Of a stretch of DNA of 64,000 nucleotides, positions 1 through 7,925 are shown one piece after another. The notes under the pieces were generated by a model. The model was given only the letters and a program-made list of their open reading frames with translations, was not told where the DNA came from and did not search any database. This DNA comes from an uncultured Candidatus Saccharibacteria bacterium (lineage in GTDB: Bacteria > Patescibacteriota > Minisyncoccia > UBA6257 > 1-14-0-10-44-23): NCBI GenBank assembly GCA_964549935.1, contig CAZJVT010000001.1:283922-347921 (forward strand), in the 5' to 3' direction. The position numbers and the translations under genes were made by a program. The number at the start of each line of letters is the position of its first letter. The stretch's first letter is position 1.

Positions 1-1341
1 AGTTGGACGCCGGCGAGCGGCTCCCGCGGTGTTTATGGAATTCAGTTTTACGCGACCGACGGCCGCGCAACGAGCGAACCGCTTGCGGTGACCATCGTCG
101 TCGACGGTGGCAGCTCGACTCGTGTCGTGCTTGATGCCAGTGGCGCGACGCTTGCCAGCTACACCGCCGGTATTTATAGCGTCTATGGCACGCAAAGCAA
201 CTCGACCCGCGCTCCATACTTTACGACTACGCCGGTTACGACCGTCTACCCGGGCCAGACTTACATCTATGATGCAAACGCAGTCTCGCCGAGTGGCGCG
301 CAGATTTCGTACTCATTGACCGCCGCTCCGTCCGGCAGCTACGTCAACAACCAGAGTGGTCGCGTTTCCTGGGTTGTTCCGACCAATGTCTACAATGGTC
401 AGCAGTTTAGTTTCATCCTTGTTGCCTCAAACGGCAGCACCTCGGCGACCCAGGGCTTCACGCTTACGGTGAGCGGTGCGCGCACTGCGTCTTCAAACAT
501 TCAATACGTATACACGCAGCCAAAAACGACCTACGTTGCTGCACCGGTACAGCAGGTTGCTACGACTCCCTCCTTCGTCGAGACTTCGGCGGGCAAGCAA
601 AACATTCAGCCGATTTACTCCGGCAACTATGCCGTGTATTACCCGGGCGAGACGGTGGTGATTAACACCGGTCGCACGATTCCGACGTTGCCGGTTATCT
701 CGGCTTCGTATGGCACCAGCTACGCCGCTAACGTCTACGACACGATGGGGGTTAACGCGTTACACGCTTTTAACCTGGCAGTTCGTGCCGGCGAGAAGGG
801 GGATATGATCATCAGATGGGACACCAACCGTGCTTCTAAGGCAGAGGTTGTCTATGGCTATGTTTCACACGCCCGCACGGACGCCTGGAACATGATTTTG
901 AACTACGACTTTACAACCGGCGAGATGGAGACGGTTTCGACCAAGCACGAGGTCAGCCTTGGCAAGCTGCAAATTGGCCGTACTTACTATCTCCGCATTA
1001 TCTCGCGCGACAATGCGCAGACGGACATCAGCCGCGAGATTACCTTTATCCCGATGGCTACTGACCAGGGTCCGGCGGTTGTACAGGGTGAGGGTGCCGC
1101 TTCGGCTGCCTCGACGGTTGGCGGATTCTTTACCTCTAATGGCTTCCTCGGCTTCGTCGGTCTCGCCGTGCTTGCACTGCTTGGCTATGTTATCTACCTC
1201 GGTTTTGCCGGCGGCAAGACCGCAGGGGACTCGCTGGTGATGCCGGAGCTTCAGCTCTACGATACGCACGATACAAATGGCCACGCGCCGGTTAGCGGCA
1301 ACGGTCATCTGGCGAACGGTCACGACACTACTCATCACTAA
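1..1341 (+). CDS. anchored cell-surface protein, 5' end truncated by the window edge; Ig/cadherin-like repeats, Fn3-like region, C-terminal TM helix and His-rich tail
   Basis: The reading frame is open from nt 1, and the track ORF 88..1341 is the in-window part. Repeats of the type YSLTAAPSGSYVNN...FTLTV and ...ATDGRATSEPLAVTIVV are present. There is a C-terminal hydrophobic helix LGFVGLAVLALLGYVIYLGF followed by a tail rich in HxH/NGH. It is a paralog of 2796..4043. Confidence 0.55.
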   Translation, partial: SWTPASGSRGVYGIQFYATDGRATSEPLAVTIVVDGGSSTRVVLDASGATLASYTAGIYSVYGTQSNSTRAPYFTTTPVTTVYPGQTYIYDANAVSPSGAQISYSLTAAPSGSYVNNQSGRVSWVVPTNVYNGQQFSFILVASNGSTSATQGFTLTVSGARTASSNIQYVYTQPKTTYVAAPVQQVATTPSFVETSAGKQNIQPIYSGNYAVYYPGETVVINTGRTIPTLPVISASYGTSYAANVYDTMGVNALHAFNLAVRAGEKGDMIIRWDTNRASKAEVVYGYVSHARTDAWNMILNYDFTTGEMETVSTKHEVSLGKLQIGRTYYLRIISRDNAQTDISREITFIPMATDQGPAVVQGEGAASAASTVGGFFTSNGFLGFVGLAVLALLGYVIYLGFAGGKTAGDSLVMPELQLYDTHDTNGHAPVSGNGHLANGHDTTHH

Positions 1342-1367
1342 GCCCATCGGACGAATCCAATGCAATA

Positions 1368-1398
1368 CAAAAACTGCCCGCAAGGGCAGTTTTTGTTT
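1368..1398 (+). terminator. intrinsic terminator hairpin (CTGCCC-GCAA-GGGCAG) followed by a T-run
   Basis: A perfect 6-bp stem flanked by an A-tract and TTTTTGTTT, 27 nt after the stop at 1341. Confidence 0.6.
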
Positions 1399-1444
1399 GA
1401 AGCATGTGTTGGGGCGGTGGGGGTACAAGGGGACCCCCGCGCGG

Positions 1445-1609
1445 TCAGTACGAGGCTTCGATGGCCTCGCACAGATAGATGACGTGGAACGCATGCACTG
1501 CCAGCAAGATCTGCTTGCCGCAGAGACTGCAGGAAACGAAGATCACCGTCATCTGGTTCGGGCGCCTCCTGGCGTCCTTCGGGATCAGATAGAACCCCAT
1601 GGGTGCTAC
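1445..1609 (-). CDS. small hypothetical protein (~51-54 aa) with a CxxC motif
   Basis: Not in the ORF track (<60 aa). GAAGGAGGT lies 7 nt upstream of the ATG at 1609 (an alternative ATG is at 1617). Translation: MGFYLIPKDARRRPNQMTVIFVSCSLCGKQILLAVHAFHVIYLCEAIEASY. It lies between two terminators. Confidence 0.3.
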   Translation of the reverse strand, partial: VAPMGFYLIPKDARRRPNQMTVIFVSCSLCGKQILLAVHAFHVIYLCEAIEASY

Positions 1610-1663
1610 CTCCTTCATAGTTAGTGTGCGCTTCTTAGAAAATTTTGCAAGTTAGGTAAAACT

Positions 1664-1689
1664 AAAAAATCCGCGTGAGCGGATTTTTT
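1664..1689. terminator. bidirectional terminator hairpin A6-TCCGC-GTGA-GCGGA-T6
   Basis: A perfect stem flanked by A6 and T6, so it can terminate the minus-strand small gene ending at 1763 as well as plus-strand read-through. Confidence 0.6.
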
Positions 1690-1762
1690 AGTGGGGGATA
1701 AAATTGTCGAGCGGGGCCAAGAACGTCTGGCCCCGCGCGCGGCAGAACTCCAGGCTTTCGCC

Positions 1763-1942
1763 TTAGCGTTCTGCGTTGGATTCGGACTTCGTCGGCGCAC
1801 AGTCGTCTTCCGGGACGAAGCGCCAGTCCCATCCATGGATCTGCAGTGCGAGGAGTTTGGGCATACGCCTGCTTCCCGCACCGCCTTGAGCTGTCGTGCC
1901 GGACTTTACTTCGCCGGCCACTGCGTTCTCTTCGTTCGCCAT
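1763..1942 (-). CDS. small hypothetical protein (59 aa)
   Basis: Not in the ORF track. A strong SD (GGGAGG) sits 6 nt before the ATG at 1942, and a TATAAT -10 lies about 40 nt upstream on the minus strand. Translation: MANEENAVAGEVKSGTTAQGGAGSRRMPKLLALQIHGWDWRFVPEDDCAPTKSESNAER. Confidence 0.35.
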   Translation of the reverse strand: MANEENAVAGEVKSGTTAQGGAGSRRMPKLLALQIHGWDWRFVPEDDCAPTKSESNAER

Positions 1943-2095
1943 TCCGGACCTCCCAACCCTGGAACACGGACAATGTCAGATTTATTATAAGCTATGCTCG
2001 GTCCTTGGGGGAGTGGAAAACTTTATGTTTAGGGGTGTATAGTTATAGATGGTGCTGCTGTCGGTGGTCGACAGCGACTCCCAGGGAGGTAACCA

Positions 2096-2610
2096 TGGAT
2101 GCGAGCGAAGTTGGCGTGATGGTTTCGCAAGACCTGCCACCGCTGGAGCTGCTGCCGACTCTCGGAGAGTGGCTCGCGGCTCCTCTGGACAAGTACCCGT
2201 GGCCGAAGAGCTCTTGGTTCGTTCCGGTGGCTGATGTCCGGGTCGTCTACGAGGACGGAATCGCGGATGGTCGGCAGGTCCGGAACGTTCGCAAGATGTG
2301 GGTGCACGGGCTGGCGGAGGTCCGCGAGAACGTCCCCAACAAGGATCGCTCCTGGCACGTCGAAGTCCGACTGGCCAAGGAGGGTGGTTTCGGCGTCGTC
2401 GTTCATCAGACGCTGGAGCTCCACGCCGCCTCGGGGAACAAGGCTCCCGACCAGAACAGCTTCTGTCCGGTGACCGGCTTCAAGCGGGAGAACGGCGCCA
2501 CGATCCTGGTCGTGGACCTTTCCGAGTGGAGGCGGATCATCGATGACGCTCGAGATGGTCTCGGGCAGAGTGAGCCTGGAAGTCCGAAGCAGATGAAGAA
2601 GGCAGGGTAG
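2096..2610 (+). CDS. hypothetical protein (171 aa) within a GC-rich insert; no recognisable motif
   Basis: GGGAGGT SD 6 nt before the ATG at 2096. The track ORF 1846..2610 begins upstream, but the SD supports the internal start. Local GC is about 62%. Confidence 0.5.
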
Positions 2611-2758
2611 CTTCCTGCAGGCGGCCTCAAGGCCGCAGCGAACGGGGACGGGGTCCGCAAGGATTCCGCCCCCGGCCGATTTCTAGAAAGACAAAACCTC
2701 GCTATTTCTACAAGAATATGGGGGGTTTTGTCGTTTCTCGTGTGGTAGTGTCTGGGGC

Positions 2759-2787
2759 TTGACAAATTCAAGAAAGGGTGCTATAAT
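2759..2787 (+). promoter_or_regulatory. consensus sigma70-type promoter, TTGACA-17-TATAAT
   Basis: TTGACA at 2759-2764, a 17-nt spacer, TATAAT at 2782-2787. The downstream ATG at 2796 leaves only a ~2-nt leader, so the mRNA is probably leaderless. Confidence 0.6.
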
Positions 2788-2795
2788 GTACCTAT

Positions 2796-4043
2796 ATGAA
2801 TAAATACACGAATTTCAAGGTGTTTATAGCGTTTTTTGCTGCTTTTACGGCTATTTCTGCTGTTTCAACCGCCTCTGCCGCGGTCTATTATGACCAGCTC
2901 GGTCAGGCGCACTATTATGATACCTACGAGGTTCCGTGTGGTCAGTACTACCCGGCAACCGGTTGTGGTACGACTGCTTACGGTTACAATACTGCTTCTT
3001 ACGGCTACGGTTATAATACCGGTGCTTCGTACTACCCGAATCGTCAGCCGGTGATTTTCTCCAGCCCGATTCGTGAGGCTATCGACGGTCAGTCGTATGT
3101 TGCCGGTATCAATGCTTCAGACCCGGATCATGATCAAATTACGTATGCGCTTGTTTCCGGTCCGTCCGGAATGTACATCGATGCAAACACCGGTATGCTC
3201 CGTTGGAATCAAACCTCCGGTAAGGCCGGCCGTAACTTTACGGTCACTGTTTCCGCGACCGACGGCCGCACTGCTCCGGTGACGCAGACCTTTACGATTG
3301 CTGTCCGCGCTTATGGCGTGAATGGTCTTTCGACCGGCAGCTCGTCTAACACGAGCAGCGGTGGGGCGGGTTCGAAGTCGACCGGCTACACCGGTTCGAT
3401 CTTCAGCTCTTTGTTTGGCGGTAGTTCTGCTTCGAAGGACATCGTTATTAGTAACGTCAACGTCGTCAGTGGTCCGAAGAATATCAACGACACTAGCGTC
3501 GCCAACTGTAACGTGTATGTTTCCTGGAGTACGAACGTGCCGACCGCCGGTCAGGTGGTCTACGGTCCGACCTCGCAGCAGAATGTTGCGAACTACGCCT
3601 ACCCGCAGAGTTCACCGGAGGGCAATGCGTATGCCAAAGAGCACCAGGTTAAACTTGGCTGCTTGGGTGATGCTACCGCCTTCTTCCGTATCGTGACCTT
3701 CTCGTCAACTGATCGCGCCGCAAGTGCGGAGTACACGGTCTTCCCGATTAAAATCGCGACCCAGATTCCGGACTCGGTTAATTACAGCGGTAGTGCAGTT
3801 TCTACGATTAGTGACAGCAACTCCATTTGGAGCCAGTTCCTGAAGTTCATCTTCAACCCGCTTGTCATTATCGTGCTGCTCATTGTCGTGATCTGGTTTG
3901 TCGCGCTGCGCACGCTTAAATATTTCAACGGCAAGGCTAAGCGAGTAAAAGACGCGCAGGCTGCTGCGACTGCGGCTGCTCACGCTCCGGCTCCAGCACA
4001 CGGACCGTCAGCCGAGATCCCGATGCTGCAGGTACCTCATTAG
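2796..4043 (+). CDS. anchored cell-surface protein (signal peptide, Tyr/Gly-rich region, Ig/cadherin-like domain, Fn3-like domain, C-terminal TM helix, His/Pro/Ala tail)
   Basis: N-terminal signal peptide; DPDHDQITYALVSGPSGMYIDANTGMLRWNQT...FTVTVSATDGRTAPVTQTFTIAV; C-terminal helix LVIIVLLIVVIWFVAL; paralog of 1..1341. Confidence 0.7.
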   Translation: MNKYTNFKVFIAFFAAFTAISAVSTASAAVYYDQLGQAHYYDTYEVPCGQYYPATGCGTTAYGYNTASYGYGYNTGASYYPNRQPVIFSSPIREAIDGQSYVAGINASDPDHDQITYALVSGPSGMYIDANTGMLRWNQTSGKAGRNFTVTVSATDGRTAPVTQTFTIAVRAYGVNGLSTGSSSNTSSGGAGSKSTGYTGSIFSSLFGGSSASKDIVISNVNVVSGPKNINDTSVANCNVYVSWSTNVPTAGQVVYGPTSQQNVANYAYPQSSPEGNAYAKEHQVKLGCLGDATAFFRIVTFSSTDRAASAEYTVFPIKIATQIPDSVNYSGSAVSTISDSNSIWSQFLKFIFNPLVIIVLLIVVIWFVALRTLKYFNGKAKRVKDAQAAATAAAHAPAPAHGPSAEIPMLQVPH

Positions 4044-4102
4044 AATCGTTGAACGTGTAACTTGAAACGTAGAGCGTAGGAATACATAAAGAAAGACAAG
4101 GC

Positions 4103-4139
4103 CTGGGCCGGCCACGATGAGACCATCGGGCCGGCCCAG
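4103..4139 (+). terminator. GC-rich hairpin (11-bp stem CTGGGCCGGCC/GGCCGGCCCAG) after the surface-protein gene; putative terminator
   Basis: A perfect inverted repeat with a 15-nt loop. The downstream T-tract is weak (TGCATTTCT). Confidence 0.4.
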
Positions 4140-4173
4140 TGCATTTCTAGTCTAAGTACGCTACTCTATCACT

Positions 4174-4908
4174 ATGGAATCAACGATTGAACCAAAAAAA
4201 CCGAAGTACCCGATGCGTATCAACAAGTATATTGCCGAGCAGGGATATACGACGCGTCGTGGTGCCGATGCACTCATTGCCGCAGGCAAGGTGTATATTA
4301 ACGGCCGTCAGGCCGTGCTTGGCGACAAGGTGTCGTTTGGCGAACAGGTAGAGGTCAACACCAAAGCTGTCAAAGAACATCAGAAGGGCTTTGTGTATTT
4401 TGCATACAACAAGCCGATTGGCATCGTCACCCACAGCGCGCAAAACGGCGAAAAAGAAATTTCCGAAGTCAGCGGTATTGCCGGCGTGAGTCCGATTGGC
4501 CGACTTGATAAGGACTCGCACGGATTAATTTTGCTTACGAATGATGGGCGAGTGACGGAGCGACTTTTGTCGCCGGAGTTTGATCACCAAAAAGAGTACG
4601 CGATTAAAACAACCAAGCCGATTAAGCAGAGCCAGGTTAGTTGGTTGATGCGTGGTGTAAAGCTGGAGGACGAATACATTACGAAGCCGGCCGAGGTGCT
4701 TTTTGACGGCGATTACGCTATGCGCATCGTGCTGACTGAAGGTAAAAAGCACCAGATCCGCCGTATGGTGACCGCTGTTGGTAATGAGGTTAAGGACCTA
4801 AAGCGCGTCCGGATTATGAATATTGAGCTCGGCGACTTAAAGCCAGGCGAGAGCCGCCAGATTTCGGGTAAAGAGCTCAAGGAGTTTTTGAAATCGATTG
4901 GATTGTAA
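4174..4908 (+). CDS. rsuA: rRNA pseudouridine synthase, RsuA/RluB family (S4 domain plus catalytic domain)
   Basis: N-terminal S4-like region RINKYIAEQGYTTRRGADALIAAGKVYINGRQ and the catalytic motif GRLDKDSHGLILLTNDG. Confidence 0.85.
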   Translation: MESTIEPKKPKYPMRINKYIAEQGYTTRRGADALIAAGKVYINGRQAVLGDKVSFGEQVEVNTKAVKEHQKGFVYFAYNKPIGIVTHSAQNGEKEISEVSGIAGVSPIGRLDKDSHGLILLTNDGRVTERLLSPEFDHQKEYAIKTTKPIKQSQVSWLMRGVKLEDEYITKPAEVLFDGDYAMRIVLTEGKKHQIRRMVTAVGNEVKDLKRVRIMNIELGDLKPGESRQISGKELKEFLKSIGL

Positions 4909-4912
4909 ACTA

Positions 4913-4941
4913 TTGACATTTTTTTGGTGTGAGCGTAGATT
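4913..4941 (+). promoter_or_regulatory. promoter TTGACA-17-TAGATT
   Basis: Consensus -35 at 4913-4918, 17-nt spacer, -10 TAGATT at 4936-4941, immediately after the rsuA stop. Confidence 0.45.
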
Positions 4942-4947
4942 GGCTAG

Positions 4948-5458
4948 GCACAAGTTGGAACAACTGCGGGTCCGGCGAGAGGGCGAAACCTCGTTAGTAT
5001 GCCCTGAGGTCGGTGTTCCCGTGGAAACGATGAGCAGGCGAATAAGCGTCTTGCGTGGTGTCGATGGTCCCTCGACGGAGGATAGCCTGAAGCGCTGCGT
5101 TCGATGTCTGAAGTCGTTTGCGCTAGAGTAGCGTAAGCTGGGGTACGATCGGCCTCTATGAAGGGATAGCACGTTGTTCAAAGGCGCAAGCTCGAGAATG
5201 TCGTCACTAACCTGCCACTGAGCGGTGGCTATATAGAGAGCAAAAAAACATCTTTCGGTGGTAAGCAGCGATTGAAGTTTGATCGTGATAGCTTCGCTGT
5301 CGAGAGAATGGCTACCCTGAGGAGCTCTTGATCTTCGTTTATCCGACGAGTGCAGCCAAGGGGCTCCGACGCGCAAGCGACGGGGCCCTGACTGCATTTT
5401 TGACCATTTACTTAAAATCTGATATAGTTAATTAACTGGCAAAAGCCAGTTTTTGTTT
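4948..5458 (+). ncRNA. candidate ~0.5-kb non-coding transcript (unclassified)
   Basis: It sits between the promoter above and a terminator at 5434..5458. No ORF longer than 36 codons has an RBS. The sequence is GC-rich and structured. The RNase P P4 motif (AGGAAAGTCCGGGC) and the tmRNA T-loop/CCA were not found. Confidence 0.3.
5434..5458 (+). terminator. intrinsic terminator AACTGGC-AAAA-GCCAGTT followed by TTTTTG
   Basis: A 7-bp stem followed by a T-run, about 45 nt upstream of the ABC-F gene. Confidence 0.6.
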
Positions 5459-5502
5459 CTCGTATTGAACGTTACAAGTTACACGTTTTACGTTACACGA
5501 CT

Positions 5503-7023
5503 ATGCCCCCCAAATACGACCACGGCGACGTTATAATCCGCTTTTCAGATGCCTCGTTTAACTTCGGGGAGAAAAAGCCCATCTTAGATGAGGTGAGTTT
5601 TAGTTTGCGCGAGGGTGCAAAGATGGCCTTAATGGGTCAAAACGGAGCCGGTAAGACCACCCTGTTTAGTCTGATTTTAGGTGAGCGACCGCTCGAGGAG
5701 GGCGAGATGCACATTCGCAAGGGTTCAACTATCGCTATCGGCCGCCAGGTTATCCGCCCGGAGGAGCGCACGCACACCGTTCGTGAGTTTTTCGAGGGCG
5801 CCTTCCCGGGCAAAAAGATTTACGACATTGAACCGCGCATCGAAGAGGTATTGGAGATTGTTAACCTGCATGCGCCGCTTACCCGTAAAGTAACGGAGTT
5901 CTCCGGCGGTCAACAGGCCCGTTTGCTTTTGGCGAAGGCGATTATCGCCAAGCCGGACATTTTGCTTTTAGACGAGCCGACTAACAACCTGGACCACGCC
6001 GGCATTGAGCATCTCACCAAGTTTTTATTGGATTACAAAAAGACCTGTATTATCATCTCCCACGACGCCGACTTTTTAAACGCGTTTACTCACGGCGTGC
6101 TGTATCTCGACGTGCATACCCACAAGCTGGAGCAGTACGTCGGTAACTACAAAGACGTGGTCGTCGAAATCGCCGCACGTATTGAGCGTGATCGACGCGA
6201 GAACGCCCGTTTGGCCCGCGACATTTCCAATCGTAAAGAGCAGTTTAACTTTTTCGCACAAAAGGGAGGTCACATGCGTGACGTCGCCCGCAAGATGCGC
6301 GAGAAGATTGAGGAGCTCGAAGAGGACGTCGTTGAGACCCGCCAGGAGGACAAGACGATCGCCGAGTTCGGCATTCCGGCGCAGGACTTCGACAAGATTC
6401 AGCTCGAACACACCGGACCAATCGTTCGGATCACCAGTGTCAGCATTATTCCGCCGCACAAGCCGGGAGCGGTCGCCAAGACGGCCAACAAAAAAGTTGA
6501 TTTTGCGCTGCGCCGCGGCGACAAGTTGTTTATTAAGGGTCCAAACGGTATTGGCAAGAGTACGTTCTTGAACGCAATCGCAAACGGTGAGGCGAAGGGG
6601 GTGGAGATAGTTCCGGGTGCGCGTATGGGTTACTACCGTCAGGACTTCTCGGGATTAGACTTCGACAAGACGGTTTACAAAACCTTGGCCGACGCAGCTT
6701 ACGATTGCAGCGAGGCAGAGCTTCGTTCTATTGGCGCTCGCTTTATGTTGCCACACGAAATGATGCAGGTAAAAGTTGGTGCCTTGTCGGAGGGGCAGAA
6801 AGGTTTACTCGCTTTTGCGCAGCTCGTGCTCATGAAGCCTGGCGTCCTCGTCCTCGACGAGCCGACTAACCACATCAACTTCCGCCACCTGCCGGTTATC
6901 GCTCGTGCGCTCGACCGCTTTGAGGGCGTGCTTATCTTTGTTAGCCACATGCCGGAGTTCGTGAAGGAGATTAAGGTGACGAATGAGCTAGATCTTGGCG
7001 GTTTGATCGAGAAAAAGGCATAG
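5503..7023 (+). CDS. ABC-F family ATPase (tandem ABC domains, no TMD; EttA/ARE-like translation factor)
   Basis: Two Walker A sites (GQNGAGKTT and GPNGIGKST), two signature motifs (LSGGQQARL and LSEGQKGLL) and two Walker B sites (LLLDEPTNNLD and LVLDEPTNHIN). Confidence 0.9.
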   Translation: MPPKYDHGDVIIRFSDASFNFGEKKPILDEVSFSLREGAKMALMGQNGAGKTTLFSLILGERPLEEGEMHIRKGSTIAIGRQVIRPEERTHTVREFFEGAFPGKKIYDIEPRIEEVLEIVNLHAPLTRKVTEFSGGQQARLLLAKAIIAKPDILLLDEPTNNLDHAGIEHLTKFLLDYKKTCIIISHDADFLNAFTHGVLYLDVHTHKLEQYVGNYKDVVVEIAARIERDRRENARLARDISNRKEQFNFFAQKGGHMRDVARKMREKIEELEEDVVETRQEDKTIAEFGIPAQDFDKIQLEHTGPIVRITSVSIIPPHKPGAVAKTANKKVDFALRRGDKLFIKGPNGIGKSTFLNAIANGEAKGVEIVPGARMGYYRQDFSGLDFDKTVYKTLADAAYDCSEAELRSIGARFMLPHEMMQVKVGALSEGQKGLLAFAQLVLMKPGVLVLDEPTNHINFRHLPVIARALDRFEGVLIFVSHMPEFVKEIKVTNELDLGGLIEKKA

Positions 7024-7085
7024 TTTTGTCTAGGCCGGGTTAGGTATGGTAATATTTGGGTCCTTAAGGCTGTAGTACATTAATC

Positions 7086-7886
7086 ATGGATAATATCATT
7101 GAAGTTAAGAATTTAGTTAAGAAGTTTGGTGATTTTACGGCGGTTTCGGATACTACTTTTAATGTAAAGCGCGGAGAGGTTTTTGCATTTTTGGGCCCTA
7201 ACGGCGCCGGTAAGAGCACGACGATTAAGATGCTTACTACGCTCTTAAAGCCAACGAGCGGCTCAATTACGATTGATGGCAACGACCCGCAGCACGAACA
7301 GGACGCTGCGCGAAAGATGTTTGGTATCGTCTTTCAGGACCCAAGCTTAGACGACGAGCTAACAGCACTTGAAAATATGGAGCTTCACGGTGTACTTTAC
7401 GCCGTGCCGACCGAGCTGCGTCACAAGCGCATAGAGGAGATGCTGGGCTTCGTTGAGCTTTGGGATCGTAAAGATGATTTAGTTAAAACTTTTTCCGGAG
7501 GAATGAAGCGTCGGTTAGAAATTGCGCGCGGGCTGCTTCACCACCCGAAGATTTTATTTTTAGATGAGCCGACTATCGGCCTCGACCCGCAGACTCGCAA
7601 TCACATCTGGGCCTATATCGAAAAGCTCAACAAGGAGGAGGGTATGACCATCTTCCTGACGACTCACTATATGGACGAGGCGGACAAGATTGCTAACACC
7701 GTCGCGATTATTGATCACGGCAAAATCATTTCGATTGGTTCCGCGACGGAACTGAAGACGAAGACTAACACTAAATCACTCGAGGAGGCGTTTTTGTCGC
7801 TGACCGGTCACGCGATTCGTGAGGAGGAGAGCAGCACCAAAGATCAGATGCGTATGCACCGCAGAATGTGGGCGGGGAAAAGATAA
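7086..7886 (+). CDS. ABC transporter ATP-binding protein (ABC-2/DrrA-like)
   Basis: GPNGAGKST, FSGGMKRRLEIARGL, LFLDEPTIGLD. Confidence 0.9.
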   Translation: MDNIIEVKNLVKKFGDFTAVSDTTFNVKRGEVFAFLGPNGAGKSTTIKMLTTLLKPTSGSITIDGNDPQHEQDAARKMFGIVFQDPSLDDELTALENMELHGVLYAVPTELRHKRIEEMLGFVELWDRKDDLVKTFSGGMKRRLEIARGLLHHPKILFLDEPTIGLDPQTRNHIWAYIEKLNKEEGMTIFLTTHYMDEADKIANTVAIIDHGKIISIGSATELKTKTNTKSLEEAFLSLTGHAIREEESSTKDQMRMHRRMWAGKR

Positions 7887-7925
7887 GAAACAGTGAATTT
7901 ATAATAATTAATAGTTAATAATTTA

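Noticed and set aside
865-1494. 209-aa minus-strand ORF antisense to the surface-protein gene
   Set aside because: It is fully embedded opposite a well-supported plus-strand gene, has an Arg-rich low-complexity translation, and has no RBS.
1691-1990. 99-aa plus-strand ORF and 103-aa minus-strand ORF in the GC-rich insert
   Set aside because: Neither has an RBS. The plus-strand ORF starts inside the terminator hairpin. A shorter minus-strand gene (1763..1942) with a strong SD explains the open frame better.
4837-5397. 186-aa minus-strand ORF across the putative ncRNA region
   Set aside because: It overlaps the rsuA 3' end, has an R/S-rich nonsense-like composition, and has no RBS. Long open frames are expected by chance in GC-rich structured RNA regions.
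4948-5458. Considered RNase P RNA, tmRNA, SRP or 6S identity for the ORF-free transcript
   Set aside because: The universally conserved P4/CR-I and CR-IV strings, the tmRNA T-loop GGTTCGA plus 3' CCA and an ...LAA* tag frame, and the SRP GGAA tetraloop helix were all absent on inspection. It is left unclassified.
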